Below, one piece after another: positions 16,606-25,778 of a DNA stretch of 56,417 nt. The translations under genes were made by a program, and so were the position numbers. The notes beneath the pieces were generated by a model. It saw only the letters and a program-made list of their open reading frames with translations, was not told the DNA's origin and made no database searches. This stretch comes from a virus (lineage: Duplodnaviria > Caudoviricetes): IMG/VR virus record IMGVR_UViG_3300028586_000760, positions 1 to 56,417 of that record. One strand, written 5' to 3'. The first letter of the stretch is position 1; each line of letters starts with the position of its first letter.

Positions 16606-17360
16606 ACGGCCGAATCGTTTGCCAGTTCAGCTGCGGCGCCGCCTCGGCAGTCGCAACCAAGCTGACACTCGCCCAGTTCGGGCGGTCGCATGATGTTCAA
16701 ATCATCAACGCCTTCATCAAGCAGGAGCACGAGGACAATCGTCGCTTCTTGGCGGATTGCGAGAAGTGGTTTGGGCGTCCGATCACCGTGCTGCGCGACG
16801 AGAAGTATGGTGCGTCAACTGTCGAGGTGTTCAAGCGTAGGCAATTCATGAAGGGGCCGAACGGCGCGCCGTGCACCACCCAGCTCAAGCGCAAGCTGCT
16901 GGACACCTGGAAGCAGCCGGGCGACGTGATTGTGTTTGGCTTTACCGCCGAGGAAGCCGACCGCCTGGACGACTTCCGTGAGCGCAACCCGGATCGCCCA
17001 GTGATGGCTCCGCTGATCGACGCAGGTCTAGGCAAGGAAGATTGCAAGGCGATGGTCCAGCGCGCCGGCATCGAGCTGCCGCTGATGTACCTGATGGGGT
17101 ATGAAAATGCTAACTGCATTGGATGCGTGAAGGGTGGCGAGGGCTACTGGCGCGCGATCCGCCAGGACTTCCCTGAACAGTTCGAAGAGCTCGCGCGCGT
17201 GCAGGAAGAGATTGGGCCAGGCGCATATATCTTTCGCAACCGCCAGACCAACGAACGCTACTCCCTGCGGGACATCCCGGTCGGCCCAGCCCGGCGCAAT
17301 GACAAGCTCCCAAGCTGTTCGTTCTTCTGCGAGCTGGCGGAGCAGGAGTACGCCGCATGA
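16602..17360 (+). CDS. PAPS-reductase-like (PP-loop) protein with Cys cluster
   Basis: QFSCGAASAVA, APCTTQLK, NANCIGCVKGG, CSFFCE. Confidence 0.8.
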   Translation: MNGRIVCQFSCGAASAVATKLTLAQFGRSHDVQIINAFIKQEHEDNRRFLADCEKWFGRPITVLRDEKYGASTVEVFKRRQFMKGPNGAPCTTQLKRKLLDTWKQPGDVIVFGFTAEEADRLDDFRERNPDRPVMAPLIDAGLGKEDCKAMVQRAGIELPLMYLMGYENANCIGCVKGGEGYWRAIRQDFPEQFEELARVQEEIGPGAYIFRNRQTNERYSLRDIPVGPARRNDKLPSCSFFCELAEQEYAA

Positions 17361-17470
17361 CCTACATCCACCACTCTGCGCCGCGCTGCGTCTCCTGCGG
17401 CCAACTGCAGGGCCTGCCGCACGCCGGCGGCTGCAAGTTTGCAAAATATTCGATTCGGAGGGTCGCATGA
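17357..17470 (+). CDS. 37-aa CxxC/HxxxC peptide
   Basis: CVSCG...HAGGC; ATGA overlaps on both sides. Confidence 0.55.
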   Translation: MTYIHHSAPRCVSCGQLQGLPHAGGCKFAKYSIRRVA

Positions 17471-17892
17471 CGACCAACATCATCCAGGTCACCCCAAGCA
17501 AGAACGCGGCGATCTACGAAGCGTCACTGATCATCCTGAAGTGCGGCCCGATGCTGCGCGTCGAGCTGTTCGCCGCCATGGACTTCGGCCCGGAAAAAAT
17601 GCGCGAGACGAAGCTGCGCGCGGCATTCGACACCGACTGGCTGCGTGAGACGCCGTCCGGCCACCTCGATCTGACGGACTACTCGAAGCGACAGCTGGTG
17701 CGCGAGAAGCCGAAGGCGCCGTACGTCGGCCAGGCGGCGCCGCCGGCGTACCGCGGCAACGTGTTCGCCGGCCAGGGCCTGAGCAAGCGATACATCCCGA
17801 ACCGCCGCGGCCCGCGCGCGGACGTGCCGGCCTGGTCGGTGAAGCCGGACGGCTACAACATCAAGAGCATTGGCGGAGGTGACGCAGCATGA
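17467..17892 (+). CDS. Hypothetical protein
   Basis: GGAGG RBS; coupled. Confidence 0.65.
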   Translation: MTTNIIQVTPSKNAAIYEASLIILKCGPMLRVELFAAMDFGPEKMRETKLRAAFDTDWLRETPSGHLDLTDYSKRQLVREKPKAPYVGQAAPPAYRGNVFAGQGLSKRYIPNRRGPRADVPAWSVKPDGYNIKSIGGGDAA

Positions 17893-18272
17893 ATGAGCAA
17901 TTCAAAATCGGCGAGATCGTCATCCTCGAATGCGATCCAGCGGCCACGCCGAATCGCGCACTCCTGCGCCTTCGTGGCGAGGAGGTCGAGGTTGTCGGGC
18001 CGCTTGAGCTGTACGAGACCGAAATCGGCGAGATCTATTTACATGCGATCTGGCATGCATCAATCGGTCTGCTGTGGGCCGCGCCGCACGAGCTGCGCCG
18101 CAAGCGCCCACCCACCACCGGCGAGGACATGATCCGCGCCATGTTCGACACCCCTCCAGTCGAGCGCCGCCGCCCGGTAACCGCATGGCAGGCGCAGTAC
18201 GACACCGCGCAAGCGCTGATGGCGATGGGCGTGCGCGTCAAGCCTGGCAAGTGGCCGGTGGAGGTCGCATGA
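17889..18272 (+). CDS. Hypothetical protein
   Basis: FKIGEIV SH3-like start; coupled. Confidence 0.6.
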   Translation: MNEQFKIGEIVILECDPAATPNRALLRLRGEEVEVVGPLELYETEIGEIYLHAIWHASIGLLWAAPHELRRKRPPTTGEDMIRAMFDTPPVERRRPVTAWQAQYDTAQALMAMGVRVKPGKWPVEVA

Positions 18273-18994
18273 AAGAGCGACCAATCCTCTTCACCGGCCC
18301 GATGGTCCGCGCCATCCTGGACGGCAGCAAGACGCAGACACGGCGGATCGTGAAGCCTCAGCCATTCGACCGCAGCTATTCGAGGCACGATCACCGCATG
18401 GCCTACGCAAGCGGCCGGGTGGCCGACGGCGACGAAATCGACGGCTTCTACGCCTACAGCACGAGCAGCGGCGGCGAATGGCGCGCGCGCTGCCCCTACG
18501 GCCAGCCCGGCGACCGCCTGTGGGTGCGCGAGACCTGGCTGGAAGACCCGGAAGACGATGGCACCTGGCACTACACCCAGTACATGGGCTGCAAAGGATC
18601 GCCACTGTCGGAAATCCCGAAGAAATTCCGGAAGCCCGAGCACTGCATCTACCGCGAAGGCTGGGACGGCGTCGACCTGCGCTGGCGCCCGAGCATCCAC
18701 ATGCCGCGCTGGGCCAGCCGCATCCTGCTGGAGATCGTATCGGTGCGCGTCGAGCGGCTGCAAGCCATCGGCGACAACGACGCGCTGACGGAAGGCGTCG
18801 AGCGCGTCGAGAACAACTACGGCAACGGCCCGGCCTACTGCGATTACGGAATGAAGAACCAGGACGATACCGCGGAATGGTTCAACAGCCCGGTCGACAG
18901 CTACCAGTCGCTGTGGGAGAGCATCAACGGCGCCGGCAGCTGGGACGCCAACCCCTGGGTGTGGGTGGTCGAGTTCAAGCGGGTGGCGCCGTGA
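18269..18994 (+). CDS. ASCH/PUA-like phage protein
   Basis: MKERPILF..PMVRAILDGSKTQTRR, GDRLWVRE, WRPSIHMPRWASRI, NPWVWVVEF. Confidence 0.85.
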   Translation: MKERPILFTGPMVRAILDGSKTQTRRIVKPQPFDRSYSRHDHRMAYASGRVADGDEIDGFYAYSTSSGGEWRARCPYGQPGDRLWVRETWLEDPEDDGTWHYTQYMGCKGSPLSEIPKKFRKPEHCIYREGWDGVDLRWRPSIHMPRWASRILLEIVSVRVERLQAIGDNDALTEGVERVENNYGNGPAYCDYGMKNQDDTAEWFNSPVDSYQSLWESINGAGSWDANPWVWVVEFKRVAP

Positions 18995-19017
18995 TGAATC
19001 GACCGCATTTCATGCGT

Positions 19018-19275
19018 TTAAAAGTCGTCGCTGCCCAGTTGCAAAATTTTTTCTGCCGGCGTGACGTCAAGCTTTCTACGTGCAGCGTTAGCAATTACGG
19101 CATGGTTTTCTTCGAATATTCCGAAAATATGGCGGTCCGGGATGTGGCTCATCACAGTCAGGGCGCTACGAGAAATAACCGCATGACGCTTCTGATCGCC
19201 GAATTGAATGGTGAAGGAAATGTACTCCTCATCGCCGGAAAGATGCTGCTTCGAAATTTGATAGTCAGTGCTCAT
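19018..19275 (-). CDS. DUF1488-like protein, antisense low-GC moron
   Basis: ISRSAL...FEENH..I..AARRK...L.SDDF pattern; GC drop. Confidence 0.55.
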   Translation of the reverse strand: MSTDYQISKQHLSGDEEYISFTIQFGDQKRHAVISRSALTVMSHIPDRHIFGIFEENHAVIANAARRKLDVTPAEKILQLGSDDF

Positions 19276-19313
19276 ACTGATGATCAGGCTGGTTGCAATA
19301 AAGGTATCGTAGC

Positions 19314-19859
19314 ATGATGCGCCGCTCACCCCTCAAGCAGAGTGGCCCGCTCGAGCGCAAGACGCCGATGAAGTCCAACGGCTTCGCCCGAGCGGATCGC
19401 AAAGAAGCTCAGGTGGTCGCGAAGTTGCGCCGAGCAATGGCGCCGGCCGCTCCCGAGTTCCCGCGAAACCGGGAACCGAAGCCGGCCAAGCTGCCCAAGC
19501 CGATGAAGTCACGCGGGATGAAAGGCCGCCCACCGACCGCGGAGGAAGCGCGCTTCATGGACCGCATGGGCAAGTTGCCGTGCATCGTCTGCCTCAAGGA
19601 TGGCTGGCTGATCCATGCGGTCAGTCTCCACCACATCGACGGGCGCACGAAGCCAGGCGCGCACTTCCTGGTTCTCCCGCTGTGCGGGCCCCATCACCAA
19701 CAGGACGACACCGACCCGCGCGGCCGGATCAGCCTGCACGGGCGGAAGAAGCCGTTCCAGGCCCGCTACGGCACCGAGCGGGAGCTGCTGGCTGAATGCA
19801 TAGCGATGCTCGAAAGCGATATCCGTGACGATCACGAAAAAGATTTGGAGGCAGCATGA
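19314..19859 (+). CDS. ref: Ref-family RecA-dependent HNH nuclease
   Basis: CIVC, HHIDGRTKPGAH, LPLCGPHHQ, FQARYGTERELL. Confidence 0.85.
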   Translation: MMRRSPLKQSGPLERKTPMKSNGFARADRKEAQVVAKLRRAMAPAAPEFPRNREPKPAKLPKPMKSRGMKGRPPTAEEARFMDRMGKLPCIVCLKDGWLIHAVSLHHIDGRTKPGAHFLVLPLCGPHHQQDDTDPRGRISLHGRKKPFQARYGTERELLAECIAMLESDIRDDHEKDLEAA

Positions 19860-20176
19860 ACCGCACTATCACCGTGTACGCCGAAGTGCAGGTAGAGGTG
19901 GACCTGCGCAAATTCTCAACCGAGACCTTGATGGACGAGATCAAGGATCGCGGCGAGATGAAGCTTCACCAGGGGCTTGTCGCGCTTGAGGAGGAGCGAG
20001 AGCGCGAGATGGAGGAGGCGAGCAACCGCGACGAATGGGTTCGCATACCCGGCCTGCAAAGCGGCGAAAAGCATCCGCTGCACAACGTCTACTACGCCCT
20101 CAAGTTCGGCAAGCCAACGCACGCGCTAGACCTGATGCGCGACTACGTCAGTGACCAGCTTGGAGTAGTGCTGTGA
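19856..20176 (+). CDS. Hypothetical protein
   Basis: Coupled ORF. Confidence 0.65.
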   Translation: MNRTITVYAEVQVEVDLRKFSTETLMDEIKDRGEMKLHQGLVALEEEREREMEEASNRDEWVRIPGLQSGEKHPLHNVYYALKFGKPTHALDLMRDYVSDQLGVVL

Positions 20177-20667
20177 GTGCGACGAAGAAGCCGCGCAACA
20201 AAAAATATCGCCCGCGCGCGGTCTCGACGGCCGGTGGCCTGACGGTCGTCGCCGCGGCGTACGCACGCGGCGAGGATGCCGCTCCGCTGACCGGCACTCA
20301 GCTGCAGGACCTGGGTCTGGCGTACTGGCTGAGCCTGGAGCAGTTGCGCGTCGGCGACGCCAGCGAGGAGGCTTGGTGCTGCATCGTCACTGCGCTCAAC
20401 ATCGGCATGGCTTTGGCCGAGGGCGGCGTCGGCGCCGAACACGAACAGGCATTCAACGACGCGCTGGCCGGCGCCTTTCGCGCAAAGACCCGCAGCGCCA
20501 AGACGGGCAACTTCCGCCTGGACGGCGACGCGATGCGCGACATCGAGGTCGCGCTGGCGATCCACGACGCCCAGATGGAGGCGGCTAACCGGTCCGAGGT
20601 CATCGCCGCGATGAACCTGGTGCGCCAGCGGGTGGAAGAGGGCAACGTCTACGAGGCTGCCGCCTGA
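20173..20667 (+). CDS. Conserved phage hypothetical protein
   Basis: KKPRNKKYRPR start; coupled. Confidence 0.7.
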   Translation: MSATKKPRNKKYRPRAVSTAGGLTVVAAAYARGEDAAPLTGTQLQDLGLAYWLSLEQLRVGDASEEAWCCIVTALNIGMALAEGGVGAEHEQAFNDALAGAFRAKTRSAKTGNFRLDGDAMRDIEVALAIHDAQMEAANRSEVIAAMNLVRQRVEEGNVYEAAA

Positions 20668-20697
20668 CGCGGCGTCAATAGAAGGAAAGGAAACGAC

Positions 20698-21429
20698 ATG
20701 GGAAGCATGCTGAACCTGCAAACCACCGGCGCCGCCGGCGAACAGACGATGTCGAGCCGCGAGATCGCCGACATCTGCGAGGCGCGCCATAACGACGTGA
20801 TCGTCACAATCGAGCGCCTGATCAACGAAGGGGTTTTACGACTTGGTCGTAATACTGCACGGCAACACCTTCCGGATGGTGGCGGCCGGCCGACGATGGT
20901 CTATGACCTGGAGAAGCGCGACTGCCTGATCGTCGTGTCCGGGTACAGCGCCGCGCTGCGCGCCAAGATCATCGACCGCTGGATTGAACTGGAGGCCCGC
21001 GCGGCGGCGCCGGTCGAGATGTCTCGCATGCAGATTCTCGAAATGGCCATGCAGTCCGAGCGTGAGCGCCTGGCCCTGGCTGAGCAACTGGCCGCCGCGG
21101 CGCCGGCCGTCGAGTTCGTCGGCCGCTACGTGCAGTCGACGGGCCTGATGACCTTCCGCCAGGTGGCGAAGCTGCTGAAGGTGAAGGAGCCGGAATTCCG
21201 CCAGTTCCTGCACTCGGCGAAGATCATGTACCCGCTGAACGGCGAATGGACCGCGCACGCCCAGCACATCGAGGCCGGCCGGTTCGAAGTCCGCGCCGGT
21301 ACCGCGCAGAGCAACGGCCATGCCTACAGCACGTCCAAGTTCACCGCCAAGGGCGTCGAGTGGATCGCCGGCGAGCTGGCGAAGTGGCAGTTGAAACAGC
21401 GGCAGGAGGAGGCGAATCATGCAGCTTAG
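20698..21429 (+). CDS. Rha-family/ANT(KilA-C) antirepressor
   Basis: TMSSREIA...HNDV, SGYSAALRAKIIDRW; C-terminal FRQVAKLL...FTAKGVEWI. Confidence 0.9.
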   Translation: MGSMLNLQTTGAAGEQTMSSREIADICEARHNDVIVTIERLINEGVLRLGRNTARQHLPDGGGRPTMVYDLEKRDCLIVVSGYSAALRAKIIDRWIELEARAAAPVEMSRMQILEMAMQSERERLALAEQLAAAAPAVEFVGRYVQSTGLMTFRQVAKLLKVKEPEFRQFLHSAKIMYPLNGEWTAHAQHIEAGRFEVRAGTAQSNGHAYSTSKFTAKGVEWIAGELAKWQLKQRQEEANHAA

Positions 21430-22132
21430 CCGCGAAGCCCTGCGCGAGGCCGCCGCGCGCCTGCCGGCCGTGCTGGTCCCATCGGAAACACTGCTCGAGC
21501 TGCTGGACCTGGCCGACCGCGCGCCGAAGCGCCGCAAGCCGCGCGATACCGAGCAGCAGGACAAGGATGCCGCCGAGGACGAGAAGTGCGCGCGCTGGCT
21601 GTTCGACGTCCTGCGCGGCACGATGCCCAAGGCCCGAGAGCCGAACTTCACGGCTTGGGCCAAGGATGTGCGGCTGATGCGCGAGCGCGACGACCGGACC
21701 CGCAAGGAGATCTGCGAACTGTTCCGCTGGGCGCACGGCGATTCGTTCTGGTGTTCGAACATCCTCTCGCCCGCGAAGCTGCGCGACCACTGGGACCGGC
21801 TGTCGATCCAGCGCGCCAAGGCGGCCGAACCGAAGCAGCGCGGCGACTGGTGGAAGTCCGACGCCACGCGGCTGGCCAAGGCCATCGAGGTCGGCGTCGG
21901 GCCGGCGCACTTCGGGGAATCTCTGGACAGCTGGGAGGCGCGCATTCGCGCCGCGATCGACAACGGCGGCAAACCGCCGGCGCCGCCGCGTCTCGCGCCG
22001 GTCGTCACGCCGCCACCAGCCGCCCCGGCGCCGCAGCCAGCGCAGGCCGAGCGCCGCGCACCTAAGCCCGAAGGCATCGGCGCACTGCGCGACCTGGTGC
22101 GGCGCGGGCCGCCGCCGGCGAGGGTGGCATGA
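21419..22132 (+). CDS. Protein carrying the lambda-O-like C-terminal domain only
   Basis: PNFTAWAKDVRLMRERD...LFRWA..DSFW.SNILSPAKLR..W matches the lambda O C-terminus; only ~50 aa precede it. Confidence 0.8.
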   Translation: MQLSREALREAAARLPAVLVPSETLLELLDLADRAPKRRKPRDTEQQDKDAAEDEKCARWLFDVLRGTMPKAREPNFTAWAKDVRLMRERDDRTRKEICELFRWAHGDSFWCSNILSPAKLRDHWDRLSIQRAKAAEPKQRGDWWKSDATRLAKAIEVGVGPAHFGESLDSWEARIRAAIDNGGKPPAPPRLAPVVTPPPAAPAPQPAQAERRAPKPEGIGALRDLVRRGPPPARVA

Positions 22133-22380
22133 CGCAACCGGTCGGCGACATCTGCGCCCACTGCAAGCACTTCAAGATGAAGGAATACCCGGACCACGCC
22201 AAGGTGGGACTGGGTCGCTGCATGGGCTACGACAAGGACTTCACGAAGCTGGCCAACCCGTTCCACGCCTGGAGCACGAAGGCCTGCAAAAGGTTCAGCC
22301 AGGATTGGGCCGGCCGCGCCGCGCGCCAGGCGTGGATCGACAAACAAACGGCGCAAGCCGAACAACCGAAACAGGAGTGA
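22129..22380 (+). CDS. Cys-rich hypothetical protein
   Basis: CAHCKHF...GRC...C; coupled. Confidence 0.65.
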   Translation: MTQPVGDICAHCKHFKMKEYPDHAKVGLGRCMGYDKDFTKLANPFHAWSTKACKRFSQDWAGRAARQAWIDKQTAQAEQPKQE

Positions 22381-22381
22381 G

Positions 22382-22735
22382 ATGGACGAAAAAGGGATGG
22401 CGGCAAACCGCCGCCTGGCCGAGCTGCTGGGCTGGACGGAGATCGTGAACGTGGGCGGCGCCTGGCTGGGCCGGCCGCCAGGCGGCGCGCCAGCATCGCG
22501 CGAGCAGGCGAGGGTGCCGGACTGGAGCGTCGACTGGGCGGCGTGCGGACCGCTGCAGGCAAGCTACGTGCGCCGGTTGCGCGTGACCATGTGCCGGGTG
22601 CTGATCGGGATCGTGCCGAATGGGCCGGGCGAACATGACCACGTTGTCGAGCGCGACGGCAGCGAGAGTCGCGACCAGATGATCCGGCGCGCCATCGTCG
22701 CGGCCGTCACTGCGCACCTGGAGGCGCGCCAATGA
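22382..22735 (+). CDS. Hypothetical protein (NinX/sandwich-domain-like)
   Basis: PDWSVDWAACGPL motif. Confidence 0.6.
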   Translation: MDEKGMAANRRLAELLGWTEIVNVGGAWLGRPPGGAPASREQARVPDWSVDWAACGPLQASYVRRLRVTMCRVLIGIVPNGPGEHDHVVERDGSESRDQMIRRAIVAAVTAHLEARQ

Positions 22736-23082
22736 AGCAGCAGCGCGCGCTCCAGGCGCTGGGCCGGCTCAAAGTCGGCGCCATGAATAAGACCGAGGCC
22801 GCCTACGCCGCCACGCTCGAGCAGCGCCGCGCCGCCGGCGAGGTGGCCTGGTTCAAGTTCGAGGGGCTCAAATTCCGCCTGGCGGACAACACCTTCTACA
22901 CGCCGGACTTCGCGGTGATGTTGGCCGACGGCGCGCTGGAGGCTCACGAGGTAAAGGGCTTCTGGCAAGACGACGCGCGCGCCAAGATCAAGATCGCTGC
23001 CGACCTGTACCCGCTTCGATTCGTGGCGATCCGGGCGAAGGCGAAGAAGGACGGCGGCGGCTGGGCGGTTGAGGAGTTTTAA
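22732..23082 (+). CDS. DUF1064-like PD-(D/E)xK nuclease
   Basis: MNKTEAAY, YTPDF, HEVKG. Confidence 0.85.
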   Translation: MKQQRALQALGRLKVGAMNKTEAAYAATLEQRRAAGEVAWFKFEGLKFRLADNTFYTPDFAVMLADGALEAHEVKGFWQDDARAKIKIAADLYPLRFVAIRAKAKKDGGGWAVEEF

Positions 23083-23101
23083 ACTTAATGACCGTATGTC
23101 A

Positions 23102-23962
23102 TTAACTTGACGAAAGACCGTCTAAGGCGTCCGGGGGTAGAATTTTCTTCGCTTCGTGCATAATTAGCTGCGCGCGTCTAGGGCCAGTTTTTCTACTCAG
23201 TTCTTTTGATATTTGACTTGCGCTCATTCCCTGACTTAACATTTTTTGCACCAACGCAACCCCATCTAATATGTTCATTTGTTTAGGAATGGAAGTCCCT
23301 AGGGTGGCAGCAAGACTTTCACCTTCTGTTGGGAATGGCCATGCCGTTGGGGGCTCGGCTATAGGACGCTGGATTTGGCGATCCTCGATCGAGCGCATCC
23401 GTTGAGACAAGCCGCGAGTGCTTTCAAGGATTGCCTCAAGGATTGATGTATCACTCTTCGTTTCAATCTTCGCTTCCTGTGGTATTTGTTCGAGCATGGC
23501 TTTAAAGTTTGCCTCGAACTGTGGCCAAAATGCCTCAAAAACAGTGCTTAGAGTGTTGCTATCGAGTGGCGATTCAAGAGCGGAGTTCAGTGTTGCGGCT
23601 AGGCTCATCATTCCATCCTTGGTTGGAAGAGTATGGTTGAATTGAGCTAGCGGATCGCGAATATCTGAAGTGCCAAGGTCGACCAGAAACGTGCAAACTT
23701 TGGTGGTTGTCAAGCCTTTTGCTAGAGCTCCGGCCTCGAACAAAATCCAAGGCGCGTTTTTATTCTCATGTGTTAGGCAAATAATTCCAACTGATGTGTC
23801 TTTTAATTCATTATTTATTTCTGAGAACCAAACGGCACCGCGGCCAATGCCTCTAGTGGAAATCCATGGGCGAGAAGCCTGAATGACACACTTTATCCAG
23901 TCATGTAGTAGCTCAGCTGCCGCCTTGCTGCGATCTCCGGACCAGCTCATGAATACTTTCAT
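23102..23962 (-). CDS. TIR-domain protein, antisense low-GC moron
   Basis: MKVFMSWSG...PWIS...GIICLT.EN..APWILFEAGAL with catalytic Glu; GGAGG RBS. Confidence 0.88.
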   Translation of the reverse strand: MKVFMSWSGDRSKAAAELLHDWIKCVIQASRPWISTRGIGRGAVWFSEINNELKDTSVGIICLTHENKNAPWILFEAGALAKGLTTTKVCTFLVDLGTSDIRDPLAQFNHTLPTKDGMMSLAATLNSALESPLDSNTLSTVFEAFWPQFEANFKAMLEQIPQEAKIETKSDTSILEAILESTRGLSQRMRSIEDRQIQRPIAEPPTAWPFPTEGESLAATLGTSIPKQMNILDGVALVQKMLSQGMSASQISKELSRKTGPRRAQLIMHEAKKILPPDALDGLSSS

Positions 23963-24088
23963 CTTGCCTCCAATATGGTTGTAATTTTCATCAGGCAATA
24001 ATACCACGTTGTAATTTAGTAATGTTCGTGCGCGGAAAGGATTTTAATGCCTCATGGTAAGCTCGCCCCACTTACCTAGGAGCAAGCC

Positions 24089-24637
24089 ATGTTCGCCGAA
24101 AAGTACCTCGCCGCCCTCAACGCCACCAACCTCCGCGACGATGAGCAGCACCGCCAAACCGAAGCTCTCGCCGCCGCGGCGTTCGCGGACATGACGGGCG
24201 GCTCGGGCGACATGTTCGGCTCGTTGCTGGCCCGCGCCAAGTACGCTGACGGCGTGCCGCGCAAGACCTTCGAGGCCGGCTGCGGCAACCTGGCCGTGCT
24301 GCTGCGCGCCTGGACCCAGGTGGTGTCGAAGAAGGGCTTCGACCGCAAGTGGATCAACATCAAGCACGAGTGGGACATCGGCGCGGCCTACGGCATCTAC
24401 AAGAAGATCGCGCTGCATTCGCTGGCGCACTGGCTGGGCGGGGAGTGCAGCCAGTGCAACGGCACGAAGATCAACGCCGGCCGCGCGTGCGCGCACTGCG
24501 CTGCGACGCCGGGCCGCGAACCGATCCAGGGCGGCGCGCTGGAGCGCGAGCGCATCGCCGACATGGTGTCGGACCTGGAAGGACTATACCAGGCGCACGG
24601 TGCGCGGGCCGGCGCCAAGCTGCGCAAGGCGGCGTAG
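24089..24637 (+). CDS. Late antiterminator Q-like protein
   Basis: CSQCNG...CAHC zinc finger; lies upstream of the pR'/tR' unit. Confidence 0.7.
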   Translation: MFAEKYLAALNATNLRDDEQHRQTEALAAAAFADMTGGSGDMFGSLLARAKYADGVPRKTFEAGCGNLAVLLRAWTQVVSKKGFDRKWINIKHEWDIGAAYGIYKKIALHSLAHWLGGECSQCNGTKINAGRACAHCAATPGREPIQGGALERERIADMVSDLEGLYQAHGARAGAKLRKAA

Positions 24638-24688
24638 TATAGGCGCTATATAGTAAGATAGCGGTTTGATAACGCTAATAATTGTGAT

Positions 24689-25528
24689 ATGACGCCGTTC
24701 TTTGCCTTAATCAGCGCAGTGCCGAACGTGATTTGGTCTGGCTTGCTTGCATCGGCGGTGACTCTTGCTGGGGTGCTGATTGCAGACTGGCGAAACACCA
24801 TACGTCAGCGCAGACAGCACAACTTCGACGCGGAGCAAGCGCGGATTGATCGAACGATGGATATCAGAAGGGAGGTGTATCTGCCCATGGCTGCCGCCCT
24901 AACGAAGTTGCAGAATCACATGTTTAGCATGGCCATTACAAAGCCGAGTGACTCCGGCTCTAGCCCAATGGCAGAGTTAGGAGAGGCGTGCGCGAAGCTA
25001 GCGATGGTTTCTACAACGACAACTGCAATTCTTGCTCAGCAACTGGTGTCAAATTATTCTTCTGCATATATGAAACTTGCTCCTCTGAGCATGAAAATTA
25101 GTGATGCAAGGACTGATGCAGAAGTGCATAAAGCACTTAGAGAAAAGGCTCAGCAAGAATTTGACCGAGTTACACTCGAGATAAATAAGTTCCTTGAGTC
25201 GGCAAATCGAGATGAGGCCGTATTTAATGCTATGCGTCGAAACCAGCAGATCTCCCTTGATCAGTTAAGGCATCACCAAGAACTGGAGTCGAATGCGCTG
25301 CAACGGGTTTCTGTAGAATTCGGAATGTATGCTCGGCAAGCAATGGAGCTTCTTCCTGCGCTTAGCGAGGTGAGCATTCCAGTTTTAGTTCAAATTCGCG
25401 CTGAGCTAGGTCAGGACACTGATGTTGACGAGCTTAGCCGGGCAATGCGTCAAAATCGGGAAGTTGCCATTGCAGGGTTGCGCGGGTTCCTTGACAAAAT
25501 GGACACCTTAGTAGGAAGCCAGAGCTAG
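24689..25528 (+). CDS. Moron: N-terminal TM plus long helical protein
   Basis: Low GC, AT-rich upstream region, TM VIWSGLLASAVTLAGVLIA. Confidence 0.75.
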   Translation: MTPFFALISAVPNVIWSGLLASAVTLAGVLIADWRNTIRQRRQHNFDAEQARIDRTMDIRREVYLPMAAALTKLQNHMFSMAITKPSDSGSSPMAELGEACAKLAMVSTTTTAILAQQLVSNYSSAYMKLAPLSMKISDARTDAEVHKALREKAQQEFDRVTLEINKFLESANRDEAVFNAMRRNQQISLDQLRHHQELESNALQRVSVEFGMYARQAMELLPALSEVSIPVLVQIRAELGQDTDVDELSRAMRQNREVAIAGLRGFLDKMDTLVGSQS

Positions 25529-25557
25529 TTGTATACGGATGAGAAACAGCGTATTAT
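25529..25557 (+). promoter_or_regulatory. Late promoter pR'
   Basis: TTGTAT-N17-TATTAT, followed ~120 nt later by a terminator. Confidence 0.65.
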
Positions 25558-25676
25558 GCAGTATTCCACAGTTCCCTCGATCCACGTAATGCGCGCTCCG
25601 GCGCCACCGTCACCCGAGGCAGTCGAGTTACCCGGCCCGCAGTAAAGCCGGCGCTCGCCTGTAAGAATCGTGATAC

Positions 25677-25706
25677 AGCCCGCCACCTCGGCGGGCTTTG
25701 TCGTTT
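25677..25706 (+). terminator. tR'-like terminator
   Basis: AGCCCGCC-ACCTC-GGCGGGCT then TTGTCGTTT. Confidence 0.7.
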
Positions 25707-25778
25707 ACGCGCCACTTTGCAGATAGCTCTGGGCGCCAGTAGGCGGCAATCGAAGCGCAGCGCGTCGGCACCGCTGCA

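Noticed and set aside
20836-22365. Long antisense ORFs (also 3412-4695, 32479-33876, 46712-48445)
   Set aside because: Shadow frames of high-GC genes opposite recognisable phage CDSs
23102-25528. Canonical Thoeris operon
   Set aside because: No SIR2, Macro or SLOG effector recognisable; TIR and the TM moron are on opposite strands, separated by Q
25529-25550. LexA box at pR'
   Set aside because: TTGT...ACAG has the wrong left half-site and spacing
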